Positions 40,526-49,485 of a stretch of 64,000 nt of DNA are shown here, in pieces (the stretch's first letter is position 1; each line of letters begins with the position of its first letter). This DNA is from a virus, in IMG/VR virus record IMGVR_UViG_3300002091_000031, positions 973-64,972 of that record. One strand, given 5' to 3'. Both the position numbers and the translations under genes were made by a program. The notes beneath the pieces were generated by a model, which was not told the DNA's origin, made no database searches, and worked only from the letters and a program-made list of their open reading frames with translations.

Positions 40526-41038
40526 ATGAAGTTTACTGATTATTGTTTAGTGTTGATGGGTGAGATTGATAGGTCTAATTTACCCAATATCTTTAAAATG
40601 GCTGAGTCGAAGCCTAATACGTTAGACTCAAAGGGTGTAATTATTTCCACGTTTACATCCGTAATGGAAATTAGTGAAATAACTGAGTATTTAAAGTCGA
40701 TTAACGTCAACTTTATGGTGTTTAAATTAAATAATGAGAACACAGGAGTACATTTCTTAAAAAAAGAGGTTAATGAGGGGTTGTTTGGGTTCTTAGATGG
40801 AAATCGGGAACAGTATTTGCAAGAAAAAAGTAATAACTTTATGTATGAATTAACTGGGCGAACAGCGGATAATTCAGTAATACATAAAGATAAGGAAGAT
40901 ACACTCCAGTTGGACGAAATTGAAACCCTTACTAAAGAAGAAAAGAACGATTGGTTCAATTCTATTATAGATAAAGGGGTTGACAATTTGTCAGAATACG
41001 ATAAGGAGTTATTAAGTAAATTAGCGAATAGTGAGTAA
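40526..41038 (+). CDS. Hypothetical protein
   Basis: TATATTTG at 40505-40512 implies a start at 40526 (MKFTDY). Confidence 0.65.
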   Translation: MKFTDYCLVLMGEIDRSNLPNIFKMAESKPNTLDSKGVIISTFTSVMEISEITEYLKSINVNFMVFKLNNENTGVHFLKKEVNEGLFGFLDGNREQYLQEKSNNFMYELTGRTADNSVIHKDKEDTLQLDEIETLTKEEKNDWFNSIIDKGVDNLSEYDKELLSKLANSE

Positions 41039-41054
41039 AAATGGCAGAAAAAAC

Positions 41055-41084
41055 TTGACTTTTGCCATTTTTTTCGTATATTTG
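41055..41084 (+). promoter_or_regulatory. Bacteroidota-type promoter for the sigma factor
   Basis: TTG-N19-TATATTTG. Confidence 0.75.
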
Positions 41085-41127
41085 TATATCCAATGGATAA
41101 TAACAGCTGCGGTAATATGAAAAATGA

Positions 41128-41958
41128 ATGGTTAACAAATTTGTAAATTTTGAAGAAGAAGAAAGTCTAGTAAAGTATTTTAAAGATGTAAGAAAGACAA
41201 CCCTATTAACACCCGATGAGGAAGTTGATTTGGCGTTAAGAATAAAAACGGGTGATACCGATGCTGTTGAAACCTTAGTACAAGCTAACTTAAAGTTTGT
41301 CGTCTCAATAGCTAAAGATTATCAAAATCAAGGGTTACCATTAGCTGATTTAATTAGTGAAGGTAATTATGGTTTAGTAAAGGCCGCATCAAGATTTGAC
41401 CATACTCGTGGTTTTAGGTTCATCTCTTATGCTGTTTGGTGGATTAAGCAATCAATTATTCAAAGTTTAAATGAAAACGCTAGAATGGTACGTTTACCAG
41501 CAAATGTAATTAATAAGTTACATTCACTAAAGAAAGAAATAGAGAAGTTCGAATTTGAAAATGAACGTGAGCCAATTTATGGTGAAATATTAGACGATAA
41601 TATGGAACCAGTTGACTTAATGAATTATTCAGTTTGTACATCATTAAATGATAAGATAAATGAGGATGGCGATGAACTAATCGACCTAATTTCAGATAAA
41701 TCTGATGATGAGGATAAATTAGTTGTTGATGAACGATTAAAAGCTGAATTGGCTGAAACTTTATCAATATTGGATAATAGAGAGCGAGTAATTATTGAAT
41801 CTTATTTTGGTATTAATACTGAATGTGAACCAATGACTCTTGAAGCTATTGGTGAAAATTTTTCACTTACCAAAGAACGTATTAGACAAATTAAAGAAAA
41901 AGCTTTAAGAAAACTTAGGCATAACGCACACAACTTATACAATTTGATAAATGAATAA
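41128..41958 (+). CDS. Phage-encoded sigma70-family factor resembling the Bacteroidota primary sigma (regions 1.2-4, no 1.1)
   Basis: ANLKFVVSIAKDYQNQGLPLADLISEGN, RFISYAVWWIKQSI, and region 4 TLEAIGENFSLTKERIRQIKEKAL. Confidence 0.93.
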   Translation: MVNKFVNFEEEESLVKYFKDVRKTTLLTPDEEVDLALRIKTGDTDAVETLVQANLKFVVSIAKDYQNQGLPLADLISEGNYGLVKAASRFDHTRGFRFISYAVWWIKQSIIQSLNENARMVRLPANVINKLHSLKKEIEKFEFENEREPIYGEILDDNMEPVDLMNYSVCTSLNDKINEDGDELIDLISDKSDDEDKLVVDERLKAELAETLSILDNRERVIIESYFGINTECEPMTLEAIGENFSLTKERIRQIKEKALRKLRHNAHNLYNLINE

Positions 41959-42155
41959 TATTAATTGGTTTTTAAATAACGTAATTAATTCCGTTAAACG
42001 TGGTAGAATTGATAATAGAGCTTGGAAAAATTTATTTTTAATTATAGATTGTGAAATAATTAAAACAGTTATTAACGATAACATAAACCATCTAAAAGGT
42101 TTAATAAACCTTAAGCATAACGCACACAACTTATATAACTTGATAAACGAATAAT
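41911..42155 (+). repeat. 49-nt direct repeat (41911-41959 and 42107-42155, 44/49 identical)
   Basis: Both copies encode HNAHNLYNLINE followed by a stop codon. Confidence 0.95.
41951..42154 (+). CDS. 67-aa ORF sharing its last 12 residues with the sigma factor
   Basis: Starts inside the sigma 3' end; TAATG-coupled to the next gene. Confidence 0.55.
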   Translation: MNNINWFLNNVINSVKRGRIDNRAWKNLFLIIDCEIIKTVINDNINHLKGLINLKHNAHNLYNLINE

Positions 42156-43443
42156 GAAACTAAAATTTAGCGCATTAGTAGCTCTTGCCGCTACCCTTGT
42201 AGCTGGTTGTGCCGCATATTACTCAGTATTCGGTCTTAGTCAATTATTTGCTGGTGCTAGTGTTGCCGTTGTTATTATGGCCACTAGTTTAGAATTCAGT
42301 AAAGTCATTGCGGTTAGTCTACTTGAAAAATATTGGAACCAATTAGGTAAGTCATTACGACTTTATTTAATTGTTGGCGTTACTATTTTAGTATGCATTA
42401 CATCAGCAGGTATTTATGGTTTTCTTTCAAATGCTTACCAAAAAACGGCTTCTAATCTTGAAGTCAGTGAGGCTGCTATTAATGTCTTAACTAATAAGAA
42501 AAGCTTGTTTGAAAAGGGGATAGCCGATAATCAGAAAATTATTGATTTAAAGACTACTAGACTATCCCAATTATCATCGTTACGTACCCTTCAAGAAGGG
42601 CGAATAGATGCAGCTAAGGGTAACTCAAGCCAAGGTCATGCTAGAGCTGATATTGATGCATCGTCTAAGGAAGTTCAGACCTTAAATAGCGAGATTGATA
42701 AGATAAATAGTAAAAATAGCGTATTAGCTGATTCTGTTAACTATTACGCTAACAAAGCCATTGAAACTAAGGCTAAGGGTAACTCAACAAGTGAAATCGG
42801 TCCATTAAAATACTTAGCTCAATTGACTGGTTATCCAATGGATAAAATAATCAATTGGTTTATTCTTTTACTAATTTTTGTATTTGACCCATTAGCGGTT
42901 GCTCTAGTTATTGCTACTAATAAAGTTCTTGAGATTGAAAGGCGAGAAAAGAATACCGTAATAAGTGACCCTGAGACGGACACTGATGTTAATGATGATT
43001 ATGGTGATGAAGATGTTGAAGCACCTGAATTTGAATGGCATCCAATGCCGCCAACTAAAGGTGCTGAGCTAATAAGAGAAATTGAAGCTCACGAACCAGA
43101 GGTTTCTAGCTCAAATATTGAACTATCTGAGCCAGAACCAATAATATCTGAGCCAGAACCTAGTTTATCTGTTGAAGAACATTTAAGTAAGATTCAAGAC
43201 GAAGAGGTTGAAAATATACGTGAAATTACTAATAATATCTTAGTTGAGGAACCAGTAATTGAACCAGTAATTGAACCAACAATTGAACCAACTCAATCAC
43301 AACAAAGGGGACCAGTTATACCTAATGGTAGAATTGAGTTAGATGATATTAGAGAAAAACGAGGGTTTGTTGGTAGCATTCCAACGAATAATGTTCAAAG
43401 AGTTAACTCTAAGAACAGGTATGGTGGTTACTTTAAACGTTAA
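42154..43443 (+). CDS. Membrane protein (N-terminal TM helices, coiled coil, TM, acidic Pro/Glu tail)
   Basis: Hydropathy pattern; EP(V/T)I repeats. Confidence 0.75.
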   Translation: MKLKFSALVALAATLVAGCAAYYSVFGLSQLFAGASVAVVIMATSLEFSKVIAVSLLEKYWNQLGKSLRLYLIVGVTILVCITSAGIYGFLSNAYQKTASNLEVSEAAINVLTNKKSLFEKGIADNQKIIDLKTTRLSQLSSLRTLQEGRIDAAKGNSSQGHARADIDASSKEVQTLNSEIDKINSKNSVLADSVNYYANKAIETKAKGNSTSEIGPLKYLAQLTGYPMDKIINWFILLLIFVFDPLAVALVIATNKVLEIERREKNTVISDPETDTDVNDDYGDEDVEAPEFEWHPMPPTKGAELIREIEAHEPEVSSSNIELSEPEPIISEPEPSLSVEEHLSKIQDEEVENIREITNNILVEEPVIEPVIEPTIEPTQSQQRGPVIPNGRIELDDIREKRGFVGSIPTNNVQRVNSKNRYGGYFKR

Positions 43444-43445
43444 GT

Positions 43446-44051
43446 ATGGAGATTAATAACACTTACCAATTACCAGATAAAAATTACGTTAACACTGATA
43501 ATATTAAGAAACGAATTATATTAGGTAATTGTGGTAGTCCAGAACAGAATTACATAAAATGGACTACTAGATATAATGGGAAATATAAGAAAACAGCTGC
43601 ATTTACAATAGATGCGGCTGGTTCTATTTATGGCCATTTTGAAGGTAATCACTCATCAAATTATTTCTCAACACAACAATTAAATGACGAGAGTATAATT
43701 ATATTATTAGAGAACGTTGGTTACCTTAATAAAATTGAAGATATTGGGTTTATTGACTGGTTAGGACATATTTATAATAAATCGGAATCCGTTATTACAA
43801 AAAAATGGCGAGGTCGAGCTTATTGGGCACCATATACTGATGAACAATTAGAATCGGCGGTGAAACTGGTTAGTAAGCTTTGTAGTGATTTTAACATACC
43901 AAAAGTTGCGTTATCACACAATACCAAGGTTGAAGACATCTATGATTATGGAGGAATTCTTTATAAGAGTAACGTTGACAAATACTACATAGACTTAACA
44001 CCAGCATGGCCTTTCGAAAATTTTAAAAACAAGTTAGAAGATGCAAAATAA
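43446..44051 (+). CDS. N-acetylmuramoyl-L-alanine amidase-like protein (Amidase_2 fold, degenerate first Zn motif)
   Basis: AFTID..G, SIIILLEN, YTDEQLESA..LV..LC, SH and DLTP motifs. Confidence 0.6.
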   Translation: MEINNTYQLPDKNYVNTDNIKKRIILGNCGSPEQNYIKWTTRYNGKYKKTAAFTIDAAGSIYGHFEGNHSSNYFSTQQLNDESIIILLENVGYLNKIEDIGFIDWLGHIYNKSESVITKKWRGRAYWAPYTDEQLESAVKLVSKLCSDFNIPKVALSHNTKVEDIYDYGGILYKSNVDKYYIDLTPAWPFENFKNKLEDAK

Positions 44052-44475
44052 ACACATACTAAATGAATACGAACAGACCCAAAGAATGATTAAGGTCTTA
44101 AGGGATGGTCTATTAACTGAAAATGATAATGAAAGTAGTGATGAAATCTCACCAAAGCCTAATGATTCAGTTTATAAAGAGGAAGTTAAGAAAGTTAGTG
44201 ATTCTGTTGACCCTAGAGTTCAAATTACTAAGTTTAAGATTTACCCTAGAGATAGAGACGTTCAATTTGAGGGTAGGTTAGATTCAGGCATTAATTTCTT
44301 CATGTCAGTTAAAGCAATGAAATTAATGATTTCTATTACTGATACTGAAGGGCAAGCTTCTCAGATTTATCTTGATGATGAATTGATTGCTACTATACAA
44401 AAATTAAACGGTTATTATCAAAATTGGACCAGAGAATGGGCTCAAAAATTAAATACTGAATATAGGGCTAAATAA
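44041..44475 (+). CDS. Hypothetical protein, possible head-internal protein
   Basis: N-terminal ILNE and LLTE motifs. Confidence 0.65.
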   Translation: MQNKHILNEYEQTQRMIKVLRDGLLTENDNESSDEISPKPNDSVYKEEVKKVSDSVDPRVQITKFKIYPRDRDVQFEGRLDSGINFFMSVKAMKLMISITDTEGQASQIYLDDELIATIQKLNGYYQNWTREWAQKLNTEYRAK

Positions 44476-44660
44476 TGAAAGTAATTATAACTGAATCACA
44501 ATACGAACGCTTAAAAAACGAAATGGCGACTATCACACCAAAAGATGATACAGCCAAGTGGATAAAATGTAAGAATTGTAAAAAGTTTTTTACTCAAACG
44601 ATTCATAAGAAAAAGAAATCCTTACCAATCTGTATTTGGTGCGGTACACATAACAATTAA
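44475..44660 (+). CDS. Small zinc-ribbon protein with an MKVIITESQ N-terminus
   Basis: CKNC and CIWC. Confidence 0.65.
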   Translation: MKVIITESQYERLKNEMATITPKDDTAKWIKCKNCKKFFTQTIHKKKKSLPICIWCGTHNN

Positions 44661-44672
44661 AAAAACAGTTTT

Positions 44673-45083
44673 ATGGAAAAGCTAAAAGCGGCATTTCAAA
44701 CTATTTTAAATTTCTTGAAGGGTATTAATCGCAGGCTATTAGTTGATATAATAGTTGTTGGTGGTATTGCCTTTATAATTTATTTATTCTACATAACTAG
44801 AACCCCTAGTGAAGTTAAAAAGACATTAAAAGATAATGCAACAATTCAAGTAACAATTGACTCATTAACAAAGTATAATCAGTCATTAAATAGCAAGCTC
44901 ACAACACTTGAAGATAATCAATCAAAGTTAAATGATAATGTTGATTACAATAATACATTGATTCAAGAGAACAATTCACAAATAACAAAATTAAATAAAT
45001 CGTATAAAAATGAAATATCTACTATTAACAATTATACTCCTTCTCAACTTGACAGTTTTTTCGCAAAACGTTACGGCAGGTAA
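44673..45083 (+). CDS. Inner-membrane-anchored coiled-coil protein, i-spanin (Rz)-like candidate
   Basis: Single N-terminal TM followed by a coiled coil; near the amidase. Confidence 0.5.
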   Translation: MEKLKAAFQTILNFLKGINRRLLVDIIVVGGIAFIIYLFYITRTPSEVKKTLKDNATIQVTIDSLTKYNQSLNSKLTTLEDNQSKLNDNVDYNNTLIQENNSQITKLNKSYKNEISTINNYTPSQLDSFFAKRYGR

Positions 45084-45438
45084 GGATAGTATTACTATCT
45101 CTAAGAGAGTTGCCAGGCAAATTGCTGATGATATAATCAGAAAAGACTCACTACAATCCGAATTAACAGTTTGTAAACTAGATAATTCCTTATATCAGAA
45201 AAACATAGTGTTGAAGGATAGTATAATATCATCTAAAACAAGTGAGATTCAAATTCTTAAGGTTAAAGATACGCTTAACCAAAGAGTTCAAGTCTTACAG
45301 AATGAACAAAAAACAAATCTCAGTAATACAATGGAAGATTTAAAAAAGCAACTCAATCGGCAGAAGATTAAATCGACATTTATGTTGACTGGTTCTGGAT
45401 TAATTATTGCCGCATTACTTTATGTCATAGTAAAATAA
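45010..45438 (+). CDS. Secreted coiled-coil protein with a C-terminal TM, spanin-partner candidate
   Basis: Signal peptide MKYLLLTIILLLNLTVFS/Q, coiled coil, C-terminal hydrophobic helix; overlaps the previous ORF by 74 nt. Confidence 0.5.
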   Translation: MKYLLLTIILLLNLTVFSQNVTAGKDSITISKRVARQIADDIIRKDSLQSELTVCKLDNSLYQKNIVLKDSIISSKTSEIQILKVKDTLNQRVQVLQNEQKTNLSNTMEDLKKQLNRQKIKSTFMLTGSGLIIAALLYVIVK

Positions 45439-45460
45439 AAATAAATTAAGACGAATATAA

Positions 45461-45487
45461 AAAAGAGACCTAAATAGTCTCTTTTTT
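45461..45487 (+). terminator. Intrinsic terminator (bidirectional-looking)
   Basis: AAAAGAGAC-CTAAATA-GTCTCTTTTTT. Confidence 0.75.
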
Positions 45488-45528
45488 CATTTATATACGT
45501 ATATTTATATAATATCAAATTATATAAC

Positions 45529-45765
45529 ATGAAAATCAACGAAGAATTAAGTAAATCAGATATTGACAGAAGTATTAAGGTCTATATGGATAGTGCTGAC
45601 TTCAAGAATAAGATTGAAAAGATAGTAAAGGATAGAATAAAAAACGAACAAGAACTTGAGACTAAAGTTGTTGAAATAACGAAAAATGTCTTGACTCAAT
45701 TATATAAAACACTTTGGAATAAAAGAGCATTCTGGAGAGGTAGTTTAACAAACAAAGCAAACTAA
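45529..45765 (+). CDS. Small hypothetical late protein
   Basis: TATTTATA at 45502-45509 upstream. Confidence 0.65.
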   Translation: MKINEELSKSDIDRSIKVYMDSADFKNKIEKIVKDRIKNEQELETKVVEITKNVLTQLYKTLWNKRAFWRGSLTNKAN

Positions 45766-45766
45766 T

Positions 45767-47029
45767 ATGAGAAAAATTAGAATCACGAATGAACAATATA
45801 ATAGATTGTTTACTAATAAGCAAAATATTAATGAAAATATTTTATCGCCAGAAGTTCATCAAGCTGTTCATGACCTTATAAAACAAATTTGGTTAAACCC
45901 ATCACAAACTGGTCTAAGTCCATTCTTTAAACAAAATGGTGTAACATGGGGTGATATTGTTAGCTATTTAACATCTGTTGGTATCGTAGCAACTATTGGC
46001 GGTGGTATGGTTAAAATAAAAAACTACTTTAAGAGAAAGTTTAGTCCTGATGCACAAATGGCATCTAAAGAAAAGGAAGAAGAAATTAGTAAGATTACTG
46101 ACTTGATAGTAAAAGACCCTAAAGCACCTTGGAACCAAGCATCCTCATATAATCCAGACAGATTTAAGCCAGCAACATCAACGTCACAAGCTGAAAAGGA
46201 TTCATTAATGCCATATCTTGACCCAGATAACACTGGTACACCATTTAAGGCACAAACAGATGAAGCTAGTAATTATCCAGCTGGTACTGAAAATGACCCT
46301 AATTCACCTTGGAATCAAGATAGTTCAGACGTTGAAGTATCTAACGCTGAACCAATATTTAAGGGTCTTATTATGAATAAAGAAATTGCTATACTTCAAA
46401 GTAAGGATGGACTATTCGTATTCGACTATGATAATATTCCGAGAGAACAATTACCAAACCCACAATATCACCTTAATGTTGATGATATTGCTGATTATGT
46501 TAACCAAAATATTGGTTCAATATCAAGTGGTGTTGGTGCTGATGATTTCCTACACAACCAAAAAGATTTAGTAAAGATTGATGATAGTTTAAAGGCTGCG
46601 CTTATTAAATTATATGGTAAGAGTCGAGAATTAATAAAATATTTAGGTACAGTAACAAATTCAGCTGATACAACTGGCGTTGCTGAAACAACTGGGGCCG
46701 CTAGTTCTGGCGCATTTACAGGTGCTTTAGGTGGTACACCAAATCAAGAAGAACAACCAATAGCTGAGATGACATCAACAGCTGGCTCTCCGCAATCTAG
46801 TCCTAGTGGTCAATACACACAACCAGCAATATGGGCTAAGAACAAAGCTAACTGGCGTGGTGCCGCTAAAACACAACACCCTGATGGTAAAATGGTAAAT
46901 GTTAAAAATTCTGTTGCTTCTGAAGCGATGTATGAAACAATTGCTAAAAAAACAGGTAAAAGTGTTGCCGAAGTTAAAAAAATTATCGAAACAAAATTAC
47001 ATAACACTAAACCTTTATTGAAAAAGTAA
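45767..47029 (+). CDS. Hypothetical protein, possible head-internal protein
   Basis: MRKIRITNEQY N-terminus; INE, VAE and IAE motifs. Confidence 0.65.
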   Translation: MRKIRITNEQYNRLFTNKQNINENILSPEVHQAVHDLIKQIWLNPSQTGLSPFFKQNGVTWGDIVSYLTSVGIVATIGGGMVKIKNYFKRKFSPDAQMASKEKEEEISKITDLIVKDPKAPWNQASSYNPDRFKPATSTSQAEKDSLMPYLDPDNTGTPFKAQTDEASNYPAGTENDPNSPWNQDSSDVEVSNAEPIFKGLIMNKEIAILQSKDGLFVFDYDNIPREQLPNPQYHLNVDDIADYVNQNIGSISSGVGADDFLHNQKDLVKIDDSLKAALIKLYGKSRELIKYLGTVTNSADTTGVAETTGAASSGAFTGALGGTPNQEEQPIAEMTSTAGSPQSSPSGQYTQPAIWAKNKANWRGAAKTQHPDGKMVNVKNSVASEAMYETIAKKTGKSVAEVKKIIETKLHNTKPLLKK

Positions 47030-47051
47030 GATATTTATAATAAAATACGAA

Positions 47052-48476
47052 ATGGATAAAAAGATTATAAAAGACCACTTAACTCAAACCTTCATATCTG
47101 AAGCAAAAGATAGTAAGAAAAAAGTTGATAACGGTAAAGCAAATAAGGATGGTGTAGCTGCAATAGAAAAGGATGTTAAGGCTTTCGAAAAGAATGTTAA
47201 AAAGAAAGACCCTGACGCTAAGACTATGGGACCAAACAAATTTAATTTTAACTCAACCGCCGAAAAGGAGAACCATGATGAAATGGAAACTCTAAATGGT
47301 ATGGAGATGCTTCAGTATGACAGAGAACCAGACGATTTATATAAGAAAAGAGCATTAGAGGGAATTGAAGGTAGTAGTAAAATGGGTAATAACCCAGAAT
47401 GGGCTAATGTTGTAGCTAAAGGCCAAGGCGGTGACCCAGATTTCGGTAAGAATTTAGTTAAGAGAATTAAATCTTCTGCTAAGAAGCGTTCTGAAGAAAC
47501 TCCAACATTCTATATGCATGGTAAGGATAATAGTGTTGAAATGAAAGACACTGGCCATAAACCTTATGCACTTGAAAGCGTTAATAATAATTCAAACTCA
47601 TTACCTACAAAAGATGTGGTAAATGAAAATAAAACACAAAAACAAACTATGAAAAGACTTAAATTTAAAAAAGAGTTTAACGGTGTAGGTAATGCACTTA
47701 AATTAATACCTGAAGCTTATAGAGAAGATAACAAGGTATTCCAAATGACTGACGGTAACGAATCATATACTATTCGTTGGGAAGGTTCACTTACAGAAGG
47801 TAGTGCTGTAGTTCTTTCTGCATCTGATAAAACTCTTATCAATGAAGATGTTCAAAAAATGAAACACTTATTCAATTACAAATCAGAAACAACTCTTGGT
47901 TTGGTTAAAGGTAAGGATAGAGTTAATGAAGATACTTCATTTGCTGATATTTGGGCTAAATCAAAGAAATTGTTGGGTGAATCTGAAGATATTGAAGGTC
48001 AAACAGCTGAAGAAGGCGAATGGGATGACGCTGGTATAACACAATCACCAGATGCTAAGAAACATATCCAAGGTTCAGTATCAACTGAGAAAGGAACAGT
48101 AGCACCAGCACCAAAGAACGGTGAATGGGATAAGATAAAAATCTCTCAATCTTCTGACGCTAAGAAGCATGTACAAGGTTCAGTATCAACTGATAAAGGA
48201 ACAGTAGCACCAGCACCAAAAGAAGGTCATTGGGATAAGATAAAAATTCATGCAGCTGCTAATCCAACAGGTGGATTAGGTGGTAGTACACCAAAGGCTA
48301 CAGCTACAGAAACTAAACCAGATAACAAGAAGTCTCAAGCTCCAGAAGCTAAGAAGCATGTACAAGGTTCAGTATCTAGCGATAAAGGAACAGTAGCTCC
48401 AGCAGCAAAAAATGGTGAATGGGATAAGATAAAGAAGAAAGCTCCAGAGGCAACAAAGGATATAAAAAATAAATAA
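47052..48476 (+). CDS. Charged protein with C-terminal 35-aa repeats, possible head-internal protein
   Basis: TATTTATA at 47032-47039; many (L/I/V)xE motifs. Confidence 0.7.
   Translation: MDKKIIKDHLTQTFISEAKDSKKKVDNGKANKDGVAAIEKDVKAFEKNVKKKDPDAKTMGPNKFNFNSTAEKENHDEMETLNGMEMLQYDREPDDLYKKRALEGIEGSSKMGNNPEWANVVAKGQGGDPDFGKNLVKRIKSSAKKRSEETPTFYMHGKDNSVEMKDTGHKPYALESVNNNSNSLPTKDVVNENKTQKQTMKRLKFKKEFNGVGNALKLIPEAYREDNKVFQMTDGNESYTIRWEGSLTEGSAVVLSASDKTLINEDVQKMKHLFNYKSETTLGLVKGKDRVNEDTSFADIWAKSKKLLGESEDIEGQTAEEGEWDDAGITQSPDAKKHIQGSVSTEKGTVAPAPKNGEWDKIKISQSSDAKKHVQGSVSTDKGTVAPAPKEGHWDKIKIHAAANPTGGLGGSTPKATATETKPDNKKSQAPEAKKHVQGSVSSDKGTVAPAAKNGEWDKIKKKAPEATKDIKNK
48054..48434 (+). repeat. Three coding repeats (units start at 48054, 48159 and 48348)
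   Basis: AKKH(I/V)QGSVS(T/S)(E/D)KGTVAPA(P/A)K(N/E)G(E/H)WDKIK. Confidence 0.9.
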
Positions 48477-48482
48477 TAATTC

Positions 48483-48510
48483 AAAACCTCATAATTTTAT
48501 GAGGTTTTTG
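48483..48510 (+). terminator. Intrinsic terminator
   Basis: AAAACCTCAT-AATTTT-ATGAGGTTTTTG. Confidence 0.75.
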
Positions 48511-48561
48511 TTTTGTAGGTATTTTATCTTTATTTTTGGGATATTGTTTGTATAATAAATT

Positions 48562-49026
48562 ATGATTAATAAAAATAAAACGTTAGAACTCTTGAATTAC
48601 ATTAACAAACCAATGAGTAAGGAAAGTATAGGGATTCTCTATGCTACCAATGGCATTAGGTATGATAAGTGTGAATTATTCAATGACTTCATATTATCAT
48701 TATTAATGCTGATTTTCGATACTTATATGGGCGATGATATTATGACACCATCGGACCAAGAAGCGCACTTTAAATGGTGTTGGAATAAGAATATTGAAAA
48801 CTTTAAATCAGAGGGTATTGATATTGGTAATTATCAAGTCTATAATTATTTTATAGACTTTATGTATGATGTCTATTACCCTATAGCTAAGAAGGATGAA
48901 ATTGAAGCTAAGCTATTAAAGCTATGGTCATTCATTTTCGATTATAATAATATAAAGAGTAAATCCGACATTGATACGATGATTGACGTTTATAAATCAT
49001 TAGATTTTTCATTAGTTTCAAAATAA
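48562..49026 (+). CDS. Hypothetical protein
   Basis: 154-aa ORF. Confidence 0.7.
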   Translation: MINKNKTLELLNYINKPMSKESIGILYATNGIRYDKCELFNDFILSLLMLIFDTYMGDDIMTPSDQEAHFKWCWNKNIENFKSEGIDIGNYQVYNYFIDFMYDVYYPIAKKDEIEAKLLKLWSFIFDYNNIKSKSDIDTMIDVYKSLDFSLVSK

Positions 49027-49074
49027 TTTTTCAATATACTTGATTTTTAGTATTGTTTTAGTACATTATTCATC

Positions 49075-49311
49075 ATGGACACAAATAGAGTAATAAACAT
49101 TGTTATTGCAGAATTAGGAGTTGAAAATCTTAAACTTCAAGAAAGGCTTGAAACAGCTATAAATAGTAATGAAGATATTGATTCAAAAGTACTCAGAATT
49201 ACTAGTGCATTATCAACTTTAGTAACCAACGAACTAATGTTGGAGAAATTTACAACCATGATAAATAAAACAACCCCAGAATTAAAACACAAAGAAAATG
49301 GAGAAATTTAA
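49075..49311 (+). CDS. Hypothetical coiled-coil protein
   Basis: 78-aa ORF. Confidence 0.65.
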   Translation: MDTNRVINIVIAELGVENLKLQERLETAINSNEDIDSKVLRITSALSTLVTNELMLEKFTTMINKTTPELKHKENGEI

Positions 49312-49483
49312 CGAATTAGAAGCATTAGTTGCTTCAATGAAAGAAGATGTTATCAAATTTTACGACAAAGGTAACAGTACTGCTGGTGTAAGAGTAAGAA
49401 AAGCTTTACAAACAGTAAAACAATTATCACAAGATTTAAGAAAAGACGTTTCAGAACAAAAGAAAGAGTCTAAAAAGGTATAA
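49298..49483 (+). CDS. Histone H1-like (Hc1-family, Bacteroidota-type) small basic protein
   Basis: KF..KGN.TAG.RVRK.LQ..K.L.QD.RK.V pattern. Confidence 0.65.
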   Translation: MEKFNELEALVASMKEDVIKFYDKGNSTAGVRVRKALQTVKQLSQDLRKDVSEQKKESKKV

Positions 49484-49485
49484 TA

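Noticed and set aside
41911-42155. Transposon/IS with target-site duplication
   Set aside because: Only about 150 nt lie between the repeats, with no transposase or terminal inverted repeats; the repeat copies have diverged synonymously.
2740-47039. T4 late promoter TATAAATA
   Set aside because: The motif occurs as its reverse complement relative to the downstream genes on both strands, so it is treated as a distinct TATTTAT element and not as a gp55 promoter.
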